DNA from: Terriglobales bacterium
Lineage (GTDB): Bacteria > Acidobacteriota > Terriglobia > Terriglobales > Acidobacteriaceae
Direction of reading: 5' to 3'
DNA: 64,000 nucleotides
Assembly (NCBI GenBank): GCA_035567135.1
Contig: DATMQI010000112.1
Span: 51,297-115,296 of the forward strand
The position numbers and the translations under genes are program-made. This document shows, piece after piece, positions 56,785-64,000 of the stretch; the first letter of the stretch is position 1, and every line of letters starts with the position of its first letter. A model generated the notes under the pieces. The model saw only the letters and a program-made list of their open reading frames with translations. It had not been told where the DNA came from and ran no database searches.

Positions 56785-57543
56785 CTACAGCCGTTTGTAA
56801 ATGCTCTCGGGGATTGGGAAGGTCCGCTCGTTCAGGACGACTCCCAACACTCGCACATTCGATTCCCGGAGCTGTTGTACGGCCTCCCGCGCCGACTCCC
56901 GGCGGGTAGACGTCGCCTTGATCACCAAAACCACGCCGTCCAGCAGACTCCCGAAGGTCATCGTGTGATTACAAATATTCATGGGCGCAACATCCATGAG
57001 CACATAGTCGAACTCTGCGCGCAATTCCGAAATCCGCGAGCGTATTCTGCCGGATGCCACCAACTGCTGGGAATTTTCATTGACCGCGCCGCAACTCAGC
57101 AGCCAAAGATTCTGGCGCGATAGCTGGCGCGCATATTGACGAACTGGACCATCCCCGGCTAACGCGTCGGCCAGCCCAAAGTGATTCTCAACCCCGAATT
57201 GCTCATGCAGAGAAGGAGAGCTGAGATTTCCGTCCACGATACAAACCGAACCTCCGACCTGCGATGCCAGAATCTCGGCCGCATGGGCGCACATCCAAGT
57301 GCAACCGTTGCCCAATTCCGTACCTGTAAAAACTACGTGACGCGGCCCTTGCTCGCCCCCTACAAGGAACAGACGGTGTACCAGTTTGGTTACTTCTTCG
57401 CGCGCCATACCATGAATCTCTACAGTTGGAGTAGTAGGGGAAAGGTCCAGGGGAACGACCACTGTGGGTGCAGGCTCTGCGTCTGCACGAAGCATATCTC
57501 CGGCCTTGCCCACCTGGTATAGTAACTCGAAATTCTTACTCAT
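56785..57543 (-). CDS. BY-kinase-like P-loop ATPase (CpsD/CapB/Wzc C-domain family) with degenerate motifs
   Basis: Family fold and context: VVFTGTELGNGCTWM at the Walker A position, SVCIVDGNLSSPSL at Walker A', and FDYVLMDVAP at Walker B. It lies directly downstream of the PCP gene. Confidence 0.7.
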   Translation of the reverse strand: MSKNFELLYQVGKAGDMLRADAEPAPTVVVPLDLSPTTPTVEIHGMAREEVTKLVHRLFLVGGEQGPRHVVFTGTELGNGCTWMCAHAAEILASQVGGSVCIVDGNLSSPSLHEQFGVENHFGLADALAGDGPVRQYARQLSRQNLWLLSCGAVNENSQQLVASGRIRSRISELRAEFDYVLMDVAPMNICNHTMTFGSLLDGVVLVIKATSTRRESAREAVQQLRESNVRVLGVVLNERTFPIPESIYKRL

Positions 57544-57676
57544 GTTCGGTCCTCAGATTCCCTTTTCGTGACGGAGGTTAGTTTCGTCGGCTGCCCACTC
57601 TCTCATCAGAACTTGGAACGCGGTTCATGCGAATCAGGGAGTTGGGCAACTTTTGTTTCTGGTCGCAATGCAAGTA

Positions 57677-59281
57677 TCAATCGCTCTGCGACCGGGCAAT
57701 CGGGGAGATCGAAGAAGCGGGTTCCGGAGGTACAAATTCACGAATCCGGCCGTGCCCATTGCCATTACCGTTGCCGAGGTTCGACTGGAAGCTGTCTCCT
57801 TTACGGGGCACCGCAGCCAACAATGGAATGTCGAGTTCCGAGGCCACATCGGCAGGCGTGTGGAAGGCCGGATCCAGATGCTCCTGGATATAAACCGCTC
57901 CAGCCGCCACAGTACCAGCGACAAGCACGCCTAGCATCATTACAAGCAGAGGAGGATAAACCGGCAGCGTCGGCACCACGGGATTCTCCGCGACCGCGAC
58001 GTTCACAATCCGAGTCGAATCCAAAGCTTCTGCCATGCGTGCTTCTTCACGCTTGCGAAGGTACAGCAGGTAGCTTTCTTCGTCAGCTTTGTAGTTCCTT
58101 TCAAGATTTTGTTCGACAAGCCCCTTCTGAGCCAAGTCGCGGGATTGCTGTTCATACCTGGTCACAATCATTTGCATGGCTGATTCCTGGGCCTTCAACC
58201 CGGCATAGTCAGCCTTCGCCTTTGCCAGTTCTTCATCGACCCAGGCATAGGTTGGATTGCGATCGGTGGTTTGCTGCTTGATGGGCTTGGCTTCCTCCGT
58301 CGCGATGGAAGCTTTAGTGTCGTTAATCTCCTTGTCGACTTCCTGCACCAGAGGGTATTCCGGCTGATACTTTGTAAGCAGTTCGGTGCGCTTGTTTTCC
58401 AGGGTCATCAAAGTGTTCTTCAATCCCTGCAGCACCGGCGCGTCATCTTCCTCTCTCAAGGCAGTCGTCATACGCTCTGGCGTTAATCCTGCCTGTTTTT
58501 GCAAGGTATGGATACGCATCTCGGTCGCAGCGAGTTGCGCCCGGGTGGTCTGCAGGTTCAGATGGAACTCCGCCAGTTTCTGTAGAAAAAGGTCCCTCGT
58601 CACCGTGGGAGCGACGCCATTCTCCTCATTGGAAAAACTCTTCAGCTGCGCTTCGGCATCGGCAAGGTTTTTGGCGTAATGTTCCGTCTCCTGCGCGAAG
58701 AACTGATACTGTCCCGGAGGTGTATGCAGTTCCTTATATTTCGCGATGTAGGCATCCGCCAAAGTCTGAAGCACACGGACCGTCAACTGAGGGTCGCCCG
58801 ACGTGTAGCTGACGTCGATGAGGTTACTTTTCTTTTCCGGTTCGATCTTGAGGCTTCCCGCCAGACCGTTCACTGCCTTAGCGATCTTCTTCTCAGGCTT
58901 GGCCGGACCGAAAATATATTCGCCGAGGGACTTGTGATTGTACAATCCGCACGCAAGCACGACTTTGCGCAGAACGTCGGCGTCCTGCAGAAGTCCAACC
59001 TCCGAGTTCAACTCTTCTTCGGAAATCGTAGCGGCAACTGCGCCTGCCTTGTCCTTATCCGGGCTAACCGTCGCCTCTTCACGTTGGCGCTCCAACAAGA
59101 ACTTGGTGGTGGCGCGATACTGGGTCGGCATCACGAAGGCAAACAGAAACGCACCCAGCAGAACTCCAGAGAAGCAGAGGGTCGCTATCCGTTTTCGGCG
59201 AAAGGCGATGGCCAGCAGGTCGCGCAGAGATACGCTTGAAGTTACTTTGTCGGTCGGCGGCGCAAAATCGTAGTTGTTCAT
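57677..59281 (-). CDS. polysaccharide co-polymerase / chain-length determinant (Wzz/GumC-like)
   Basis: N-terminal Wzz segment with a TM helix (RIATLCFSGVLLGAFLFAF...YRATTKFLLE), a long coiled-coil periplasmic region, and a second TM helix (LLVMMLGVLVAGTVAAGAVYI). ATG at 59279-59281 (preceded by GAGG) preferred over the TTG at 59299. Confidence 0.8.
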   Translation of the reverse strand: MNNYDFAPPTDKVTSSVSLRDLLAIAFRRKRIATLCFSGVLLGAFLFAFVMPTQYRATTKFLLERQREEATVSPDKDKAGAVAATISEEELNSEVGLLQDADVLRKVVLACGLYNHKSLGEYIFGPAKPEKKIAKAVNGLAGSLKIEPEKKSNLIDVSYTSGDPQLTVRVLQTLADAYIAKYKELHTPPGQYQFFAQETEHYAKNLADAEAQLKSFSNEENGVAPTVTRDLFLQKLAEFHLNLQTTRAQLAATEMRIHTLQKQAGLTPERMTTALREEDDAPVLQGLKNTLMTLENKRTELLTKYQPEYPLVQEVDKEINDTKASIATEEAKPIKQQTTDRNPTYAWVDEELAKAKADYAGLKAQESAMQMIVTRYEQQSRDLAQKGLVEQNLERNYKADEESYLLYLRKREEARMAEALDSTRIVNVAVAENPVVPTLPVYPPLLVMMLGVLVAGTVAAGAVYIQEHLDPAFHTPADVASELDIPLLAAVPRKGDSFQSNLGNGNGNGHGRIREFVPPEPASSISPIARSQSD

Positions 59282-59295
59282 AAGTCTGGCCTCGC

Positions 59296-60018
59296 TCAAT
59301 TGATCGGCACAACTCCGCCGACACCATAGTTCGGGAAGAAACCTTTTACCTTCGAGATGCGGTTTTGAGGAACGTACAGCATGTCGCCGGGATGCAGAGT
59401 CGGATCTTCACGCAGGTTTTTGCTGTTTTGCATACTCTTCACGTTGAATACCTGAGAAGCGACCCATTGGTCCCCTGAGCGGCGGAACAAGACTACTTGC
59501 GAATGCTTGGCATCGTCAGTGAACCCGCCGGCGATCGCGATCGCTTCAGTCAGAGTTGTGTCTGCGCGCAGATCGTATTTACCGGGATGTCCGACTTTAC
59601 CGTTCGCGATGAAGTATGGCTTATTGAAATCTTTGAGCGTGACCGAAATGATTGGATCGTGCAGAACCTTGCCATAAGCATTGCGGATCGTTTCCGTGAG
59701 TTCAGGCACGGTCTGACCCTGCACCTTGGCTTCGCCGACGCCATATAACGCGACGAACCCGTCGGGTTGTACCGTCACCGCAAGCTGGTTATATTCAGGA
59801 CTCAACGGGAATGTGAGATCGAAGGAATCGCTGGGAGCCAGCCGGTAGCGTGGATCGCGTGTCCCAAATTGCGGCGCGGTGTTCGAGGTGGTGGAGGGTA
59901 CCGCTGGAGTCGACGCGGCGGTTAGCGCATTCGAATTTTGTGTTCCAATCTGAGCAATCGATTGTCCAGCCACAAAAATCAGTGCACCGCAAACGAACAG
60001 AACGCAATTCTTTTTCAT
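59296..60018 (-). CDS. Wza-like outer-membrane polysaccharide export protein (Poly_export + SLBB)
   Basis: Signal peptide. YRLAPSDSFDLTFPLSPEYNQLAVTVQPDGFVALYGVGEAKVQGQTVPELTETI is the Poly_export signature. The SLBB-like part reads GKVGHPGKYDL...TLTEAIAIAGG. Confidence 0.85.
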   Translation of the reverse strand: MKKNCVLFVCGALIFVAGQSIAQIGTQNSNALTAASTPAVPSTTSNTAPQFGTRDPRYRLAPSDSFDLTFPLSPEYNQLAVTVQPDGFVALYGVGEAKVQGQTVPELTETIRNAYGKVLHDPIISVTLKDFNKPYFIANGKVGHPGKYDLRADTTLTEAIAIAGGFTDDAKHSQVVLFRRSGDQWVASQVFNVKSMQNSKNLREDPTLHPGDMLYVPQNRISKVKGFFPNYGVGGVVPIN

Positions 60019-60662
60019 GACTTATCCCCGCAACATTTATACACTTTGTTGCTTACTTTCCCGGTTGAGTTGGTCGAAGGGGTTGAGGCTAGTCTCGCAC
60101 CATACCTTGTACGCTGTGAGCTTGTCGTAGCTTCGCCCTCTGAGTCACAGTGAGTGACCCGAAGTTGCCATCGAATCATTTCTATACTTCTTACTTTCTT
60201 CACTTATCGTCGGTGGTTGAAACGATGCGCCCGGAGTGTCATCATGTGGGGAAGAACCAGGCTCCACGGATAGTAAAGCTTCAGCTGCAAAACCAAGCTC
60301 ATTGCCACCGCGACCCTCGAGCCAAGTGAGGTCGAGGCTACATGACCTCGCAACTTCCTGCAAGTGGTAGAAAGCCCTGATGACTAAAGTCTCCATCCGC
60401 AATCCGGCCATTTTTTTCTGTAACTTGCAGAGTTTTGCAACATTTTTTCGCACCCTCGCGTTAGAACGGGAGCGATAAGCATGTTGCGTTCATTTACAAG
60501 CCCGGAAAAGCTACCGGGAAGCAACCGATCGTTCAGTCTCCTGCGACTGTTGCCGCGCCACTTGCTTGCGCCTTGACAAGGAATGCCTCAATCAGCTACG
60601 TTGACCGCCAATCGCTGGGTCGAAGGACATCTTCAGAAACCGAAGTCGCGCGGCAAATACGA

Positions 60663-62321
60663 ATGAATATCCCAGCCCAAGCGAGGACTCGATCTCAATC
60701 CTTGAACGCGCGAGAAGCCGGCGGGCCCGGGGCACTGTCTACACAGCTTGACACAGTTGTTGATACGCTCGAACGATTCGCCGGCCTCGTCGAATCGGCG
60801 CTTATCCGCCAGCCGTGGGTAAGCATTTTGGTACTCTCGCTCGCGTTCCTGGTCAGCACTTCGATAAAGGCGCGACGAGGTCAGCTTTGGAATGACGAAA
60901 TCCTGACCGTTTACGTTGCCGCTTTGCCGGGCTTCGACGCGATCTGGAAGGCTCTAGCCGCGCATGTCGAATCTAGTCCTCCGCTCTTCCACTTAGTCAC
61001 CCGAGCATCTGGCCTTACGTTTGGCTGGTCCCCTGTTGGTCTGAGGTTCCCCGCGATCGTGGGTTACCTGACGATGATTCTATGTGTCTACTTCATCGTC
61101 AGACGCTATATTGGACCACTGTACGCAGCCATTGGCGCACTCGCCAGCTACTTAACCTATGCTCCGTACTATGCCACTCGGGCGCGGCCCTATGGTTTGC
61201 TGCTGGGCCTAACCTGCATTGCTCTTGTCTGTTGGCAACAGGCATCCCGACAGCGTCAGCGCTGGCTCGCGCTGATGGGACTGTGCCTCAGTCTGGCGCT
61301 TGCGCTCGGTGTGCATTATTATGCGGTGCTCTCATTCGCAGCCATCGCCTGCGGGGAACTGGTTCGAACCTGGCGAACGCGCCGGATAGACGGGTTGGTT
61401 TGGGCCGCGCTTGCAATTGCGACCACACCGCTATTGCTTTTTCTTCCGCTGATCCGGGCCAACCAAGTCCTGGCGCAAGGTTATTTTTCCCCGGCAACGC
61501 TGTCTCATTTCGTGGAAAGCACCGCCCTCTTCTACTTCCCTAAGAACGGGATTCTCGCGGCAGCGTTTGTAGTAGTCGCCAGCGCTTGGATCCTGATTCT
61601 TGCCCGAGAGCCCCAGCCCATCGGCACGCCTGAGGCTCCGCCGGCGCACGAAGTCGCAGCGTGGGTGGTACTTTTGCTGGCGCCGGTAGCGGCACTGATC
61701 GCGGGCAAACTGTTCACCGGAATATATCACCACCGTTACGCCATCGTTACCATCATCGGCTTCTCGATTGTTCTACCCTTCATCCTGCAGCGCTTATTTC
61801 GAAATTCACGCGCAGCCGCACTGACCGTATTGCTTGTTCTGGTGGTGTGTTTTGCCGGATGGTTTGCCGTCCGCGAGCAAGCGGAAGAAGAGACGAATGA
61901 TGTCAGCACCGGCCTTGCCCATTGGCTACGAACTGCGAATGTGTTGCACTTGCCGATCGTCGTAGCCGATCCGGTCACATACCTGCCGCTTGCCCACAAC
62001 GCTGCCCATGAACTCGGCGATACTTTGGTATACATTCCCGATACCAAGGAGGCATTGCATTACACCGGCAAGACCAGTGCGGATTACAATTTGGCAGGCC
62101 TGCGCGAAATTGCTCCACTGAATCTTCCAACCTATTCCGATTTTACCGACGCGCATCGGCGCTTTTTAGTGTTGTGGCAGGTCTCGGACCTTGATTGGAT
62201 TGTTCCCAAACTGCGGGACGCGGGCGCGCAGCTTCGATTTTACGATGCCCACGGCTCCCGCCTGTTATTTCTGGTGGATCTTCCAGACACTCCCGCTCCG
62301 AATGCAAGTTCCGTAAAATAG
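60663..62321 (+). CDS. GT-C-fold membrane glycosyltransferase (ArnT/PMT, GT39/GT83-like)
   Basis: More than 10 TM helices. An acidic first-loop motif follows helix 1 (GQLWNDEILTVYVA), and there is a soluble C-terminal domain. ATG at 60663 preferred. The track uses the TTG at 60573. Confidence 0.65.
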   Translation: MNIPAQARTRSQSLNAREAGGPGALSTQLDTVVDTLERFAGLVESALIRQPWVSILVLSLAFLVSTSIKARRGQLWNDEILTVYVAALPGFDAIWKALAAHVESSPPLFHLVTRASGLTFGWSPVGLRFPAIVGYLTMILCVYFIVRRYIGPLYAAIGALASYLTYAPYYATRARPYGLLLGLTCIALVCWQQASRQRQRWLALMGLCLSLALALGVHYYAVLSFAAIACGELVRTWRTRRIDGLVWAALAIATTPLLLFLPLIRANQVLAQGYFSPATLSHFVESTALFYFPKNGILAAAFVVVASAWILILAREPQPIGTPEAPPAHEVAAWVVLLLAPVAALIAGKLFTGIYHHRYAIVTIIGFSIVLPFILQRLFRNSRAAALTVLLVLVVCFAGWFAVREQAEEETNDVSTGLAHWLRTANVLHLPIVVADPVTYLPLAHNAAHELGDTLVYIPDTKEALHYTGKTSADYNLAGLREIAPLNLPTYSDFTDAHRRFLVLWQVSDLDWIVPKLRDAGAQLRFYDAHGSRLLFLVDLPDTPAPNASSVK

Positions 62322-62350
62322 AAATTTCATCCCGTTTCTAGGAGGTCGCT

Positions 62351-63424
62351 ATGTTGCGAGGAACAGTTTTCGGGGGTTTGGGGATCGCGGTCGGAGCATT
62401 TCTTCTGTTGCCGCTTGTGTTCGCGTTGGCGATGAAGCCGGCACCGCAATCCGCTTCTTCTCCGTCAACTCCGATCATCGTCGCAAGTTTTCTGCCCGCG
62501 CCAGGCTCGCGTTGGGCTGCGGACTTTCAGAAATACGTGGTGCCTCACATATCGGCGGTCATGGTCCGCGTGGACTGGAACAAGATAGAAAGCACGCACG
62601 GTGTCTATGACTTTGGACCACTTGATGAGAAGATCACTCCCTGGACGAAACAGGGCAAAAAAGTTGCCATCATCGTCGAACTGGTCAACGACGCGGTCGT
62701 GGGGCGCGGCCCCAACACATCCACGCCAGACTATGTCTTCACCTCAGCTTGGGCAGAGAAATGCTGCAAGTCCAAGCGGCTCGACACTGCCACCTGTCCC
62801 TTCAACTCCAACCCAATCCCCGTGGCTTATGAGAAGCCGTTCGTCGCTGCCGCCGAACCTTTTCTTGCGGCCGTCCTGCAGCACCTCTCCGGCAATCCCG
62901 CGATACTATACGTCCGCTCTGGGTTCGCCGAAGGTGGTGAGAATTCACCCGTGTGTCACAGAAAGTGGCCGGGTTGGTCGGATCGCAAATGGCTCGACTA
63001 CTTCGCTGAGATGAGCAACTACATCGGCGGCTTACACAGCCCGGTGCGCTTCGTCAACAACGCCAGCGGCCTACTGGGGTCAGAAGTCGCTGACGCCGAG
63101 GCAGATCTGCTTCACGCCGCCGGCCTGGGTATCGGCATGCAATCTTTGCGGGATACCGACAAGACCAACTACGAGCAGGGCAAGCCATGCTCGGACGACT
63201 GGTGCGCCTGGACTACAAAATACTCTAACGACTTCCGCTACCTGCAGCCCGCAGGCAATCAGTCGACCCCATTGGGCTTGACGGTCTATGTGCCCTTCGC
63301 TCGTAAACTGGGGATAAATGCCCTGGAGATTTTCAACCGTGATCTCTTAACTGCTTACGATCCCAGTTACCCAGGCTACGCGGAGTACGGTGCCGCGTAT
63401 CGTGCCGCTCTAGCGCTCCCCTGA
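62351..63424 (+). CDS. secreted hypothetical protein, possibly a TIM-barrel glycoside-hydrolase-like fold
   Basis: The ATG is preceded by AGGAGG. There is a signal or anchor helix. VRVDWNKIESTHGVYDFGPLDEKITPW resembles the first strand and loop of clan GH-A enzymes. I could not place catalytic residues. Confidence 0.45.
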   Translation: MLRGTVFGGLGIAVGAFLLLPLVFALAMKPAPQSASSPSTPIIVASFLPAPGSRWAADFQKYVVPHISAVMVRVDWNKIESTHGVYDFGPLDEKITPWTKQGKKVAIIVELVNDAVVGRGPNTSTPDYVFTSAWAEKCCKSKRLDTATCPFNSNPIPVAYEKPFVAAAEPFLAAVLQHLSGNPAILYVRSGFAEGGENSPVCHRKWPGWSDRKWLDYFAEMSNYIGGLHSPVRFVNNASGLLGSEVADAEADLLHAAGLGIGMQSLRDTDKTNYEQGKPCSDDWCAWTTKYSNDFRYLQPAGNQSTPLGLTVYVPFARKLGINALEIFNRDLLTAYDPSYPGYAEYGAAYRAALALP

Positions 63425-63562
63425 CCAGAATTGAAGCCAAACAGAAGGTTTTACTTTAATGCTTTTGCTTTTCGACTGGAACGTAGTATGATCCTTCGGC
63501 CTTCGGCAGGACCTTTAATATTTTGAGGCGAAACTGAAGGTTTTAAGACTGAAGGACAAACT

Positions 63563-64000
63563 GTGGCACTGTCAAACCGAGCTGTATATTTCTCGCTACT
63601 CGTCGCCTTGCTTAGCCTCATACCGGCATTCAATGCTCGCGCCCACGCCCAGTCAAACACCCCGGGCCAACCTCTAATCGCCACTTCCGGCAGCTCTACT
63701 ACGGACGGGATTTTTTGGGATGCCAAACAATTCCCCGGCGCCGACATTTGCGCCCAGATCAATGCTGCTTGGGCGGCTGCCATGACGACCGGCGTTACCA
63801 GCGCGACCATTGATGCACGTGGCATTACGGGGCCCCAGAGGTGTGCCGCCAGTCCCTTCCCCAAGAAGGCAAGCGGAAAGCTGCTGTTGGGCAATACGGT
63901 AATTACGACCGCGGTAACCTGGCAAGTTCCCACATTAACCCATGTTGAAGGCATCGGCGTGAGTGGGTTGGTCGCCTCAACTACCGCCAACACGACCATA
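63563..64000 (+). CDS. secreted protein, 5' part only; right-handed beta-helix (pectate-lyase/tailspike-like) N-terminus
   Basis: The GTG at 63563 is preceded by GAAGGA. Signal peptide YFSLLVALLSLIPAFNARAHAQS. FWDAKQFPGADICAQINAAWAAA resembles the opening of Pectate_lyase_3-type proteins. The frame is open to the window end, so it is absent from the ORF track. Confidence 0.45.
   Translation, partial: MALSNRAVYFSLLVALLSLIPAFNARAHAQSNTPGQPLIATSGSSTTDGIFWDAKQFPGADICAQINAAWAAAMTTGVTSATIDARGITGPQRCAASPFPKKASGKLLLGNTVITTAVTWQVPTLTHVEGIGVSGLVASTTANTTI

Noticed and set aside
63451-63999. 182-aa minus-strand ORF at the right edge.
   Set aside because: The plus strand gives a GTG start with a GAAGGA RBS, a clean signal peptide and a beta-helix-like opening, and stays open to the window end. 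The minus-frame product has no signal or motif.
1-64000. Searched by eye for CRISPR repeats, tRNA or rRNA genes, transposases, integrases, toxin-antitoxin pairs and other defence-island signatures.
   Set aside because: No regularly spaced direct repeats, no cloverleaf-like or rRNA-like segments, and no ORF with recombinase, transposase or nuclease motifs were recognised. The locus does not look like a mobile or defence island.

Overview
This window looks like a chromosomal segment from a soil Acidobacteriota-like diderm. That assignment is inferred from gene content only: a CarboxypepD_reg-type TonB receptor, NHL, FG-GAP and Ig-like secreted proteins, and PEP-CTERM-like tails. I saw no rRNA, tRNA, CRISPR array, transposase, integrase or phage genes.

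The left 5.5 kb is housekeeping: nuoA, lysS, a TonB-dependent receptor and an atypical LuxR-type regulator. The rest, about 5.7 to 64 kb, is one very large cell-surface polysaccharide locus with two parts.

1. Wzx/Wzy-type machinery at 48209..60018: a Wza-like exporter, a Wzz/PCP protein, a BY-kinase-like ATPase, a priming glycosyl-phosphotransferase, a flippase and a Wzy/O-antigen-ligase-like protein. Glycosyltransferases (GT26, GT4, a GT-C membrane enzyme), galE, rmlC, rmlD, a CE4 deacetylase, three sulfotransferases, two methyltransferases and clan GH-A-like hydrolases surround it.
2. Natural-product-style chemistry embedded in the same co-directional, often translationally coupled gene strings. 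I count four adenylation enzymes and five carrier proteins or domains:
   - an A-T loader predicted for Leu, followed by a P450;
   - a C-A-T-TE NRPS whose TE has Cys in place of the nucleophile Ser and which ends in an extra tandem-GNAT (FemAB/CelD-like) domain that is also present as a stand-alone paralog next door;
   - an FkbH-like loader with its own ACP;
   - a DltA/DltC-like pair with a formyltransferase and an LLM oxidoreductase;
   - a separate A-T-TE NRPS between the priming transferase and the flippase.

My main hypothesis is an undescribed pathway that attaches NRPS-made aminoacyl, peptidyl or glyceroyl groups to a sulfated exopolysaccharide or glycolipid. Everything here rests on reading translated motifs by eye. 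No database search was run, and start codons are approximate.
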